Notes: generated from the sequence alone by a model not told the origin. Counted from the whole stretch's first letter, positions 12,796-25,905 are shown. The stretch is 60,815 nt of DNA, filler included, from Sphacelaria rigidula (GCA_964200075.2; 8 parts of 8 records of this genome joined end to end with filler, not necessarily neighbours in it), one strand, 5' to 3'. Made by a program: numbers and translations.

Positions 12796-13721
12796 GTGAT
12801 GGAGGAAGAGTCATTCGATGTTTTGAAAGCGTAGCAGCAGGCAGTCTCGTGTCCGCACAGACCGTACCCACCTGCACAGGCTGCTGAAGAAGCTTCGTAG
12901 ACAATTAGCGCGCACTGGGTTTGGCAAGCGGATAAGAAATGTTGACGCTGTACCTTTCGGCGACGGTAAAGTACTGCGCTGCCCTGCCGTATGTATCATC
13001 ACAAACAGTGCTGTATTAACCTACTGTCTGTTGTTCTTGTGCTTGCAGGGTGGTGTACGACATTGCACTCGTACTGCACTACTACTGTACTGTTCTCGCA
13101 ATACTGTCTGTACCATCATGTGTTCCGCGCGGCATTATCGTGTGCTGTGATGGGAGTGTACTGCGCTGTATTTGAGACTATAACAGGGGACTACGGTACG
13201 ACGCTGCTCTCGAAGGATGGTTCACTGCCTGTCTGTTCTTCTGCTTCACTACTACAGTGTCACGGGGGGGGGAAGTTCTCTTATTTTTACAGCAAAATAG
13301 ACGCCTCCGCAAGAAACGGTGGATGATGGCAAATATCCGAATTTCGCACGGAGGTTCCGCACACCCTGTGCATTCAGCAACAGACCACATAGCATCGCCC
13401 AGGTGGAAGGAATGGACGCGAAGACGATCGAGGTGCGTTGAGATGTAGTCTGGCAGTTCCTCTCGCAAATTGCACCCGTAGCAGGAGCGTCAGCAACGAG
13501 TAATTGTAGATTCCGTGCGGCCTAGGGTGAACACCATGCCGCCCCTTAACAGCTGACCTCCGGTGTTACGACAGAGCACCGCGCTCACGTGGCGTCACCG
13601 GCAGAGAAACGGACGAGGTTTTCACCATCTAGAGAAGTCAAGTATTCCATAAAAAAAGGTTCACACGTCGGACGCGTCATTAGTAGTCGAAACGAGTGCA
13701 CCCGTTGATGTTTTTTTGAAA

Positions 13722-14700
13722 CACCTCGAGCATGACTCGTGTGTCCGAGTTTTTTACTTATTTCACCATGAGCATGACTTGCGTGCTCGAGTCATTTATT
13801 TTTCCACAACAAGCAATGACTCGAGCACTCACTCTACTAATTTTTATCACCACCAGCAGTGACTCGAGTATTCGCTCTACTAATTTTTATCAACACCAGC
13901 AATGAATCGATTACTCGACCTATTGATTTTTCCACCACCAGCAATGACTCAAGTGCTCGAGGACCTCCAAAAACGGCCCACGAGAAGCCGAACACTTGCG
14001 AGTGCCACGAGTCATCCTCGTGCTCGTCCAAGGTATGAACTTTTTTCACTCAACTTTCAGTTGGTGCTGATCATCTCGGAGGCGAGCGCTCCTCCGAAAA
14101 AAAAACACACGGACCTCTACAGACAGTACAGTGCAGCGCAGTACAGTACAGAATAGTACAACAGGTTGTACATGTGCAGATATGCATATGAACTTGAAGG
14201 TTCTAGGTCAAATATCGTCGAGCAGCTCATTGTAATTGTTTACTCGTCGGATTGCTGACTCTTCGACTCAAGTTGTTCACCACGAGCAATGACTCTTGTG
14301 ATCTAGTCGTTTTTTTTCCCACCACGAGTAATGACTCGAGTGCTTGATCTATAATTTCTCCTACAACGAGCAATGGCTCGAGTGCTGACTCGCTTGCTCG
14401 ACCTATTGACTTTTCCACCACGAGCATGACTCGAGTACTCGCCCCATTGATTTTTTCCACCACGAGCAATGACTCGAGTACTCGCCCTATCAATTTTTTC
14501 ACCGCGAGCCATGACTCGAGTACTCGCCCTTTCAATTTTCCCCACCACGAGCAATGACTCGAGTACTCGCCCTTTCAATTTTCCCCACCACGAGCAATGA
14601 CTCGAGTACTCGCCCTGTCAATTTTCCCCACCACGAGCACTGACTCGAGTACCCAACCTACTATTTTTTTCCACCACAGGCAGCCGAACGAGTGCGAGTG
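13722..14700. repeat. ~39-bp minisatellite (consensus TTTTCCCACCACGAGCAATGACTCGAGTACTCGCCCTTTCAAT) in two blocks, ~13722-13965 and ~14250-14700
   Basis: Roughly 17 recognisable units read directly. Confidence 0.85.
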
Positions 14701-15130
14701 TCATGAGCCAGTACTCGTGTTTCTCCGACGTATGGGAAGGTTGTGCTGAGATCCATCCATGCCGCAGACAAACGAGTTTGTTGAAGTACGAAAAGTTTAA
14801 TTTTGCTCCGCACGAGTACATGGATGCTGTAGACTACCGTGTATTGTAAAACAGTACATCCACCTCAGTACAGCACACCACAGCGTAGCAAGGCACAATA
14901 CAGTAAAATGCAGTGCAGTACAGAGCATTGTACGGTCTGCGACACACATTACTTGGTGCTGAAGTGCCTTGACCGCGAGGAGGAAACGTCATGTACAGTC
15001 AGTAGTAGTGTATATATGATGCTCGGACCAAAACCTACTTGAAATCAACTCCTGCAAACCGTTGTAAACAGTGTTTTCGTGAGATTGAGAGTAGATGATA
15101 CGATTGAGAGTGAAAAGCGGTCAATCAGTG

Positions 15131-15230
15131 NNNNNNNNNNNNNNNNNNNNNNNNNNNNNNNNNNNNNNNNNNNNTTAATTAATTAANNNNNNNNNNNNNN
15201 NNNNNNNNNNNNNNNNNNNNNNNNNNNNNN
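15131..15230. other. Artificial contig spacer
   Basis: N44-TTAATTAATTAA-N44. Confidence 0.97.
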
Positions 15231-15300
15231 GGCGTTGTATGGCCATTTTTTTCGTGACACTTTTCGCTGGTTTGGGGGGGGGGCTATCGTAGAAAGTGTC
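15231..15300 (-). mobile_element. End of a GACACT-type MITE (same family as 25658-25905), truncated by the contig edge, abutting Copia sequence
   Basis: TTTTTCGTGACACTTTT...GGGGGGCTATCGTAGAAAGTGTC is the reverse complement of the left end of the 25658 element. Confidence 0.85.
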
Positions 15301-18300
15301 ACCGGCTGAACGCAACCTCCTTCGGGTGATAGGCGACCCTGTAGTCGGTGAATTGTCCTCCGTGGTGCTGCCCTCTAGCTGAGCTATACCATCGTCAATA
15401 TTTATGTTGAAGTTGTTGATGTTGTCGTGTTGTTCCTGATCAACTGCAGATACGACGGGTTCCTGGATACCCAAAGTCGAAAAATCTTAATCACTGGAAG
15501 GAGCTCCTGTTACTTGTTCGATGAAAGTCACGTTTCGAGAGCTGGATATTTCCCCCGAGTAGCGGCTGTAAATGCGGTACGATGGACTATCGGAATAATA
15601 CCCTACTGGCACTCCTTCCCAAGCCTTTTCTTCCAACTTACTGTGATGACGCTCCCTGTGCACAAACGCCCTCGAGCCGATGGTCCGCAAGGATGATAGC
15701 TTCGGTTGCTTGAGAAACATTCGAAAATATCGTGTATCGCCGCCGATGCTCGTGTGCGGTAGGCGATTGATAAAAAAGACCGCAGTTGCAGCAATTTCTC
15801 CCCAAAGAAATTTCGGCAAATTCGATTCATTCAGGAGACAACGAGTAACGTTCAAGATGCTCCGCCCGTCTCTTTCGCTGATGCCCTTCTGCTGAGGAGT
15901 ATATGGACTGGTGAACTCTTGGCGGATGCCCGTAGGCTTGCAGTACTTCTTAAAATAGTCCGCGATGTATTCACCCCCACGGTCTGACCGCAGACGGTGT
16001 ACACGGAGTTCTAAAGGAATAGCCAAATCTTGGATGAACCTGCAGAGCGTAGTTAGGGTCTCATCCTTCGTTTTGATGAGTTAGACTACCTTGAAACGCG
16101 AGAAGTGATCCGTAAATTTTGCTATGTAGCGGTAGCCGCCCTGCGCCATAGGCGTGATCGGGCCCGTTAGATCAGTGCTGACTAGTTGCAGTCGTTCCGA
16201 AATACTGGTGGAGTCTACACTCTTTGGATGATCCTGCTGTACACTTTTGTTAAGCTTGCACGCTGCACAAGGTGACAGTGGTCCCTCAAACTTCACACCT
16301 GATTCCGGAATGTTCTGTAGACGGCGCATGACCTGCTCCGTTGGATGTCCAAGTCGCTTGTGCCAAATGTCTGCTCCTGTCGTGGTAGACAAAGCTGTCG
16401 GTTCTGCTCATGGATTCTCTTGACATGATTGTAGCTGTAAATGCTGAGCTGTTCTTAGAATTACCCGTGTGCCGAGAGACTCTCACGCTGATATACTGTA
16501 ACGCTCCGCTGCTGTCACTGTTGATTGGTACTTTAAACTTTCCGAGGTCGATATGGGACTCGTGAGAAAATATTGTCGAAGCTCCCTTTGCAAGAGCCTG
16601 CACAGGGGATAACAGATGCTTCCCCAAACCTGGGACGATTACGGCTGGGAGCCGTACAGCACGTTGATACCCCTCAGAGTCAATAACCACGGTGTTCAGA
16701 ACTCCTTTTGCTGCACCATGAAGTAGATGGCTTCCCGCTGTTAAAGTAGTCATCCGAGGATCGAGTTTGACCAGTTCGACAGTTAGAATTTTGATTCCAG
16801 GTAGCAACTGATCATCGACAAAGTGTCCGGTACTTCCACTGTCCACTATCAACTGGAAAGAAATTCGATCGGATGTATCAGTGGCATGTGAACCAGAGAG
16901 GAAAGAAAATCCCATACCGTTAGGTGGTGATGATGTATCTAACACTGTAGCAGCTGTTGGTAAAATATATTCCAGGCCGTTGTTGTTCGATGGTACGGTT
17001 GTAGAAGCTGGATCCGCGGCGGCTGTGTTGGCTTGGCGTTGATGTCCGTTGGAGTTGCTGCTGCCGATGTTGCTGTTGTGGTAGCTCCTACTGTTGTTGC
17101 TGCTGCTGTCACGGTTGTTATTTCGATGGCGGGGATTTCTGCGACGATGATGGTTATTGTTGTTGTTTCCAGCGTTGCCGGCTGCATTCCCGCTTTCTGT
17201 TGAGATCTACACTCGGTATCATCATGCTTGTCAGTGTGATCGAAACTGCACCACTTTACAGGCCTGCTCCCATTATTTGACTGCATTTGCTAGCGACAGT
17301 CTCTGGCCTGATGTCCTGGTTTCCCGCAGGTGTAGCAAATTCCACGGAATTTCTGGGGTTGATTCAAAGATTTCGACAGTGATGTCACCAGCAGTCATGA
17401 ATCGCGGCCATGCGATTTCCCGGAGGTAAATCCCCGCGCCATGCAATTAGCATACATATTTCGCATTGTTGTTTCGACGCTCTGAATACTGAGATCTGGA
17501 TCACGCTCCGCATTGTACTTGATGAGATCATACTTGCTTGTTAAACCTTCGATCACTATGTCAGTCAGCCTTTCTTCGGAAATGGCCTCGCCAACGTTGT
17601 CCAGTTCGTCCCGAAGCTGATACACTTTGCTCAAGAAAGTATCAGGATCTTGCCCTGGTGGCATAGTGGCGCTGTTGAGTTCTCTCATCAAGATCCTGAT
17701 TCTCTGCTTCGAAGAATTTTGGTACTTGGAAATCAAAGCCTCCCATGCACGTTTGCCGTTTGGTCTCTCTGAACCCTTCGGCTGGAAACGCAACAAATAA
17801 CTCGCTGCAGGACCAGTTGTAGACAGATACAAGACGCGGAACAATTGTTGATTGCATCGGTCCCAACTTTCTATCTCACGCGTGTTAGAAACCCGCCTCA
17901 CATGTGACACCACGCTTGGAGAACGAGATTCTCGTGAAAAATGATGGTCTTCTTCGGTAGATCCAGTCCCATCCACCGCTGCAATCGCCTCGTCCCCAGC
18001 GGTTGCCTCCACCGATGAGAAATGCGGTCGAACGGACGACTGCTGGCGGGTGGTTTGAGAACGAGTTCTAGCAGGGGTAGGTCTTGTGGCAGCTGGTTGT
18101 GGAAGATCTACCTCAGAGAGATCTTTTAATTCCGCGGGGCGTTCGACCCTGTTAAGGATATCCGCAATCCCCGGATGAGTTAAAGAAATGATAGCGCGCG
18201 TGGAGCGCATCTACTCGACGAACTTTGTACCGTCGAACTTCTTGATGCTGTAGATGAGCTGAGTTACAGATGGCTCTCCCGACATATTAATCTGCCTCAC

Positions 18301-19024
18301 GTTACTAATAAATCTATTCTCTTCACACCTGCAGATCTTTTGGAAAGATCAGGGTTCTTGGACTCTTGATTGTCGCTGCTGTGGCGACCTTGATATGACA
18401 CCTCCTCGCTCGTGCTGACCGATGTCGTCTTGACTCAAAGGCTGATGACCTGAAGACCTTGGTGGTCGCGAATCGAAGGCACCTGTTGGCCTGTGTGGTC
18501 GCGAACCAAGGCTGATAGCCTGTTGATCTATGTGGTCGCGAATCGAAGGCTCGAAACCTGTTGGAAATTATTCCCTGGCACGGCACTGTCTCACTGGACA
18601 GTCAAGCAGAGGCTTGCACTGTAGCGGTAAAGCTACTTGCAGGGAGCCAGTGGAGTAAAATCAAGATAGTGTAGTTCGGCGCTTCTGGCCTAGAATATCA
18701 AACAGCCTCTTTTGCAAGAAAGAGCTGTGGAAGCAAAACTGGGTTGCTGGGGAGAATGCGAAGCGAGGGGCAAGCGAGAGCGAGCCTCAATACCTTCCAC
18801 TCTCTGGACAAAAACCAATGCTGTACGTAAACGAAAACATCTTAAAAGCGTACCCTATATTACCATGAAAAAGGTACAGTGAAACGACACATGTGTGGTT
18901 TACAGTTTCACCTGAACCGTAACAAATAACATTCAAGTCGTGCCGCTTATACAGTACAGAATCTTTTAGCGGCGATTTCAATCACACACAATGAACTTAG
19001 ACTGTCCTGTCTAAAATTTCAACA
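15301..19024 (-). mobile_element. Ty1/Copia LTR retrotransposon 1: 5' LTR, gag, protease and integrase; defective, RT/RNase H beyond the contig edge
   Basis: Gag from ATG at 18285 with an early in-frame TAG and UBN2-like AWEALISKY...DPDTFL; protease IVDSGSTGHF; pre-integrase WHKRLGH and CAAC; integrase STDLTGP, RLRSDRGGEY, PYTPQQKGISER; SH3-like region SSRNVTFIE. Several frameshifts. Confidence 0.93.
18559..19024 (-). repeat. 5' LTR of Copia 1 (466 bp), followed by candidate PBS GGTTTCGAGCC (18548-18558)
   Basis: Minus strand starts TGTTGAAA exactly where Gypsy RNase H similarity stops and ends TTTCCAACA. The second LTR is not in the contig. Confidence 0.7.
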
Positions 19025-22000
19025 AAGAGTCAAATGACTGTAAAGCTATCGCCAATCTTGTCAACATATTGCTCGTGTCTTGCATGGAGTAGAGGTACCG
19101 TTGTGCTGCATGATCTGTCACACAAGTGAAATGTCTTCCCTATGACAAGGGTCTCCAGTGTTGTATAGTTAATACAACTGCATAACATTCTCTGCGTGTG
19201 GCAGCGTACTACTGCTGAGCATGATTGAAACGCTGACTGAAATACGCTACGACTGCAGTTTTGCCCTCCTTATCCTGGGTCAGCTTGAATGGTGAACTCC
19301 TTTGAAAAGTCTGGGAAGTGAAGGACAGGTGCGGTGGTGAGAAGCCCTTTTACTTCGGCAAAAGCTGCATCGTGTTCGTGATTCCAGCGTTTTGCTACTT
19401 CCTTGGCTGCCTCTTTTTTCGTTAGATTTACCAACGGGGCGATTACCTGTGCAAGATTCGGAATACATTTTCTCAGCAAATGAATCGTCCCTAACACTGA
19501 ACGTAATTGTTTGATGTTCGTTGGTGTGGGTAAATCTAAGATGGCGTTCCCCCAATTTTGATCCCGTCAGCGGACAAAGTGTAGCCGAGGTACTTGGCCT
19601 CCTTTGGACCAAACTGTGCTTTAGAGGGCTTTAGGGTAAGACCTGCTTTTTTTAGTGCTTTGAAAATTTCTTCCAGTAGAGTGAAGTGACTTTCCCATGT
19701 CGAGGAGCAGGCGATAAAATCATCCATGTGCACCAACAGACCGCTCCTGGGCCCAAAGTGTGACAAAGTCAGAGCCATTATTCGCGAGAAAATAAACGGG
19801 GAAAATGCCAGGCCGAACGGCAGCCTGTTGAAAACCCACTTACCTTTCTCTGTGACAAGACCGTTTTTTCTTTCTTCTCCTCCACTACTGGGATCTGATG
19901 AAACCCGCTCTGTACATCAAAGACAGAGGTGAATTTGGCGCCTGCCACCGTATCTACATGACTTTCCAAATTAGGCATTGGCCATGATTTTCGCACAAGA
20001 CTTCATTGAGCGTGGATCTGTAGTCGACACAAAATCGGGCTGTACCATCATGTATGTTTAGCTACTACTGTCACTGCAGAGCCCCATGGGATTGGCCCTG
20101 TACGGGTTTCGTGCCGAGAAGCAGAGGGAAAGTTGTCTCTCCGATTGTACAAAACCCTAGCTTCCGCTGTGACAGTGAGAAGACTGACCTGTATTTGATG
20201 CATAAATCGAGCACTTGGCTCTTCTGATTTTCAGAAAATGTGGTATCTTTGAATGCATTTTCGAGCGCTGTTGTCAATTCTTCTCGTGCGTCAGTATTTT
20301 GGTGTTCAACTTGTGAAATTGCACTGACGTTTTCCGTCGGGTCTTTTTTTCTCGACTTGTGTGATGTGTCCCATAAGTAAATTTCTTGGGAATTGGACGT
20401 GTCAATTCGACGGGTGTGCTACTTGTACCATAGCTGTTTTGTTGGCCGCTGACCAGGTGCAGGTTGTGCGTGCTACCACGAGGCGGTCAAAGGCATCCGG
20501 TACTTTCTTGCATTGGAGGTCTTCATCCGTTACAATTCATGGCTCAATGACCGCTTCAGTTGTAAATTTTGGCGGCTCATTTTTTTCGACAAGAAGAGCC
20601 ATCTCACTTCGAGGCGGGATGGAGCGCCTTTTTCAGAGGTACACTGGTACATTTTCAGCCGATGCTACTCGTCTGACAGAACAATAATCATGTCCCGAAA
20701 ACGTCGGATGAACGTTTCTGTCTTTTCTTCTGTGAGTAGCCGTGAGGCGAACTGTTGAACTACGAAACGTCAAAGTTTTGCTTGCCGATCGAGAATCCCG
20801 CCAAATACCCTCATTACTGAGATCTATATCAGCATGATGTCTGGCCCGAGATTCCTGAGGACAAATGCTTCGACGGGCAAGGTTATGTCACCCAGCGTGA
20901 GGTCAACGCGAATAAACCCCTTTATCGTGACTGGTGAACCGTTAGCGCTTCGTAGATCAAAAGAACGCGATGGGACTGATTGAATGTGCTCTTCGCTCAA
21001 TGTGGGATGTGAACGGATGAACTTCGAACTACCAATGATCGGGACGTCTGAAGCAGTATTAATGGTTATCGCCGGGACCCCCGTTCCGCTGACTCTGGCG
21101 GGAACCTGCACCTTCCCTGATGCAGGTTGCAACGTTGCCGGCTTCCTAGGATAGCGGGCCAACGAAAACATGAAAAAAGACTCGAATTATGTCGAGCTTG
21201 GGGGCAGAAATTTGGATCCGTGCTTTTTATTAGTATTTTAGAGACGTCTTGCTTACACAAGCAGCTTGGGGGCGATGTCCAGGTGATGATGCCTCCCACG
21301 TAACATCTTATCTTGACCTGTCTTATTCCCCATTTGCTCTTGTCTTCTAGCCTTTGCAACCGCAACCCCTTCCACACGTACTCTCTTACATGACCTCACA
21401 GAAGCTACGCCTTGGCTAGCAAACTGCACACGTTTCTTGCCCTTTTTATTTCCCACCAGAGGGTCGGCACCCATTTCGTGGTGCACAGATTTTTCCCTCG
21501 ATTTTCCGTACTTTTGCGTAACCCGTGCTACCTTAAAACCTCCATCTTTGATAGATTCTACGGTAGTTGCTCTTCTCGCTTCACATACTCGACAGAAATT
21601 TCAGGGTGGCATGATCCGTCACCCAGGTAAAGAATGTCGACCCCCATAAAACGGGGCGCCTTGATGTTTTCTTTTTTACACCCACATATAACACTCCCTG
21701 GGTCTCACAGAGTACTGTCGCTGAGCGTGGTTCAAACGTTGGCTGATATATGTTATGAACGCACCTCGTCGCCTTCTATTAGATCGAAATCGAGCCGGCC
21801 TCTCCCGTTGACGCCTCTGGTTGGATGGCTTTGAAAATTCTGGGAAATTGAGGACCAGTGTGCTCGTCAGAAACCGTTATGTTCTACAAGGCTGCGTCAT
21901 GTTCAGGCTTTAAACGTTTGGCGCTGCGATTTCACTTCCATGAGGTTCGGTATAAGTTCCCTCACGAACGTTATCGTGCCCATCACTGAAAGTAACTGCT

Positions 22001-22568
22001 TGCGATGTACGTCGGTTTGGTCATCTCCTACTTCGATACCATTTGCTGACAGCGCGTGTCTCAGGTTCTGTTTGGGTCCAAGCTCAGCTGTCGATGGTTC
22101 AGGGATGAAGACCGACGCTGATCTTAGCGCTTGAGCGTGTGTTCGAGTCAGTAGGGTAAACTTCCTACCGTCTCACGAAGTCGAACAGTTGAATTCAACA
22201 TTCGTTCGTCGGTAAGTTGTCCAAAATTTCCGGTGGTGAACCGTAATTTTTTAATTTGAAGATCCAGATTAAAATATCGCGTGGATGTGACCGGATGATC
22301 TTTTGAAGTGAATATGAGTAGGTCCGAGTTTGAAATCAACGACCCTTGCCTACAGCCTTGCTCTTTACTCTGGCGGAAGGTTAAAGAGGCGTCAACCCAT
22401 AATGTAACGCCACCCGTCCGTTGGGGTACCGAGTCACATGCAACATACTATCAGTCCGCGAGTTGATCTATTCACGTTGAACGACCATGGACACATCGCT
22501 TGTTCGACGGCTGTATTACAAAGGCTGCTGAGGAGATGAGTCGAAATACGGAGGCTGTTCATATTACA
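19025..22568 (-). mobile_element. Ty3/Gypsy LTR retrotransposon 1, degenerate (gag, protease, RT, RNase H), interrupted by Copia 1; candidate short 5' LTR 22403-22568
   Basis: RT WPMPNLESHVDTVAGAKFTSVFDVQSGFHQIP, HMDD, LKPSKAQF, KYLGY; RNase H APVLHFPDFSKEFTIQAD; protease-like DLRSANGSPVTIKG. Many stops and frameshifts. LTR guess rests on TGTAAT...GTTACA ends only. Confidence 0.88.
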
Positions 22569-22745
22569 CACCGCACTCCGTTTTGCTTCTCAACTCTTGG
22601 GTGCTATCGGACTGTGTGTACTCCCTCTTAATTTCAAAAGTTTGTTGGTTATGGGTTCCCCCCCCCCCCCCCCTTCCACATTCTCTCTTCGCTTATGGGG
22701 GGCGGGTATGTGGTGAGAACAAATAGAACGCAGACAAGAAGAGAC

Positions 22746-22845
22746 NNNNNNNNNNNNNNNNNNNNNNNNNNNNNNNNNNNNNNNNNNNNTTAATTAATTA
22801 ANNNNNNNNNNNNNNNNNNNNNNNNNNNNNNNNNNNNNNNNNNNN
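22746..22845. other. Artificial contig spacer
   Basis: N44-TTAATTAATTAA-N44. Confidence 0.97.
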
Positions 22846-22909
22846 TCTCATTTGTTGCTTGCCTTAGTCGTTTGACCATTGACCACGCATCCCTTTCGAG
22901 ACGGAGCAC
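22846..22909. mobile_element. Terminal repeat of the GTGCTCC-ended TIR element family (see 59424)
   Basis: CTCATTTGTTGCTTGCCTTAGTCGTTTGACCATTGACCACGCATCCCTTTCGAGACGGAGCAC is nearly the exact reverse complement of 59424-59487. Confidence 0.75.
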
Positions 22910-23505
22910 TCTGGGGGGGGGTAATGTGAAACCTGATTCTCTAGATCTTGTGTGTATAAATCGACTGTGATCTGCTTGCGTGTTATTACCCACATAGCAT
23001 TTTCATTACGAATACAGTACGTATCAATTATTTTTCCCTGTACTGGACGCTGCCTTATTACACAACATTTTCAGTACGAGCACAACAGTACCTATCAATT
23101 GTTTTCCCCTGTATTGCTTCTTCTCCTTCTCGTGTGGAAGGCGGTCCGCGTTCCGACCTGCGACAATACCCACACCCCCTTCCGAGTGACTGCCACCTCC
23201 CTTGAAGTCGCTGGTCTGTTCGCGTGCTGTTTTACCGTCTCAGTGTCACTTGTTTCTCACTCTAGCTTGCTAAATTAGAACGGCGCATGAATTCTCATTA
23301 TGCTCCTCTTCCATCATAACCAAGGAAAAGAAGAAACGAAAATTGGAAGCGCGATGCAAAGCAGAGCAATCAATGCCAAAAACAGACAACAAGGATGATC
23401 CGGGAGGGTAGAACCACACGCTGGGCTCCCTCATACGTCATACACCCAGTCATGACACAATCCGACAATCCGATAATCCGATACCGCACACAATATCCGG
23501 TACCC

Positions 23506-23971
23506 AACACTATATTCGTGAGATTCAGAGGGTAGTTTCAGATTCAGAGTCAGACCCGAAACAATCGACTTTCCCGTCGATTTTGACATCGCCACAGTTC
23601 GAGGAGTAATGCACCCAGCTGGTGAAGCCGTGGCTTCAATGAAAGCTTTCACCTACACGATCAATTTGACACATTACTTGATCGCAACGACGTAGTCAGT
23701 CCATTGCAACAAAAGATCCCCTCTTTCAGGAAAAATCGATTAGTGCCTGAAACAGTTTCAGTTCCGAAATGCCCCCGCAGGCGTAAAAATGCATTGTGCG
23801 GTATCTCACCAACCAGACGGCCGACTTCCTCGAATGGGGTACTGTACGGTAGCTGCATGCACAGGACGTGTGCTCAAGCAAAAATAAATGAAAAAAGTTG
23901 CCTGTTAGGAACGCTAGAGCATCCACTCTGAATCTGAAACTACCCTCTGAATCTCAAGAAAATATAGTGTT
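23506..23971. mobile_element. 466-bp MITE with AACACT termini and 4-bp TSD ACCC, probably inside the 3' LTR of Copia 2
   Basis: ~45-bp TIRs AACACTATATTCGTGAGATTCAGAGGGTAGTTTCAGATTCAGAGT and ACTCTGAATCTGAAACTACCCTCTGAATCTCAAGAAAATATAGTGTT; ACCC at 23502-23505 and 23972-23975. Confidence 0.88.
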
Positions 23972-25657
23972 ACCCGTGATACATTATCAATCTGCCCTGC
24001 ATGTACCCGAATTAAGTCACGTACACATATGCACTAGTGTTGAGCTCGGCAACATCCAATCAGCCCTCCTTGTCGAGGCTTAACCCTGCTCATATCATGC
24101 ATAATTATCTTAATTCCATCCCATGAAATAACAGAAACTCTCACAGCACGAATGCCGTGATACACGGAAGACTCAGCAAAAACAAATAAAGCCATCAAGG
24201 GGAATGACCTCCTAAATTATATGCCCCCCTGACCCCATATTACCTCACCATGTTCGGGAGCAAAAAGTATCAACTCTCGGGACGTGTTTTTCCAAAAATC
24301 TACCAAGAAAATCGTACTCTTCTTACCACGGAAATCAAAAGATGTTCACGACATAGTCACGGTGGAATTCAATGCACTCTGCCGGTAAAACCTTCGTATA
24401 AAAATCGGCATGCTGGTACTCAGATCTGACATGAAAATGGAAATATCCCCTCTTCCCACTAATTCCCTGATGGAATGATATTTTACATCGATGTGCTCAG
24501 AGTTGGAGTTTGATAAGGGGTTCTGTGCCATTTGAGTAGCACCCTGATTGTCCTCGAACATCGGGATACATGATTCTCCGACTTCAGGCAGCATGAGCTC
24601 CCACACCTGTCTCGAAAACAGCACCTCCTTCATCAAATCGGTCATTGCAACGTATTCTTCTTCTGCAGTCGACAACGTCACACACTTTTGCGTCCTTGAG
24701 AACCATGACACACATCCACCCCCGCACATCACTAGTCCATCCGACACTGATCGCCTATCGGTAGCCTTACTCGTGTAGTCTGCATCAGCATATGCTTGAA
24801 AGCTGAGACCTTGCAAATTGCCTCGCCGAAAAGTAATACCCGATGTACTCGTTCGCCTAACATACTCAAGTATACCACGAGCAGTACGCCAATGAATTAT
24901 CCTTGGGGATGCGCAATACCTCGCTACCGCTCTCACTGCGTTACTAATATCCGATCTGGTCTGGTTTGCTAGCCATCTAAGTGACCCCACCAATTCTCTG
25001 AATGGGAACGTCATGATCTGCTCATCCTCATTGAAATCCTCGAGTTTGACACCTGCACTCATAGGCGTCTTAGTCCTCCATGATATATTTTGCTCCTCCG
25101 CCAACTCCTCTGCAGAAGTCTGTAACGATACATTAAGGTCCCTCCACTCCAAATCTCTCTCGTATTATAGTCTCGAATACCATCGCAGTTCTCCTAAATT
25201 CTTGACTGGAACCATTTTGTTTAGTTGCTTACCACACCCGTCACACCTTTCCTCATCCCCTACGACAAAGATATCATCTAGACTACTTATACCACCAATG
25301 TGATCACTACCTTGTTGTCCTCCATTAGTCGGAACACTCACGAATCTGCCAAACACTGATCAAAACCTAACTTCTTCAGGCATCCTGCTAAACGAAAATC
25401 TCATTGTCTCGAAGCCTATCGGAGTCGATGGAGCGATTTGTTGAGTCTCCCTACCTTACCAGATAAGTTACCACAGCCATGAGGCAAACGCATAAAAAAA
25501 TCTTCGTCCAGTACTGACTGCACAAAAGCTTGCTCGATATCGAAATGGCGCAACGAAAGATTTTGCTCACAAGCAAGTGCTGTCAGCAACCGTACACTCG
25601 AAACCGATACTGTAGGTGCATACAATTCACCAAAGTCAATATCTGCCCGTTGTCGAT

Positions 25658-25905
25658 GGCACGTTCTACGATAGCCCCCCCCCAAAACCAGCCCAAAAGT
25701 GTCACGAAAAAAAAGCCATACAGCGCCTGATGTTTGGGTTCAGGCTGCACGAAGCACCTCATATTGGCGACATTTGCTAGAACGAACCCAAGCGTCGGAA
25801 CTCCCAGCCGCTCATTGTGCCCGGCTTTTCCATTTCGATTCACGTGAAGGTTTTGCCTCCCAAACCCATGCACTTTTGGGGGGGGGGGCTATCGTAGAAA
25901 GTGTC
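25658..25905 (+). mobile_element. 248-bp MITE with G(A/G)CAC termini and 4-bp TSD CGAT, inserted in Copia 2 RT
   Basis: TIRs GGCACGTTCTACGATAGCCCCCCCCCAAAA and TTTTGGGGGGGGGGGCTATCGTAGAAAGTGTC. Removing it plus one CGAT restores the RT frame ARGDRQRADIDFGE. Confidence 0.93.

Noticed and set aside
13722-14700. CRISPR-like array of palindromic repeats
   Set aside because: Units are contiguous without unique spacers, there are no cas genes, and the context is eukaryotic
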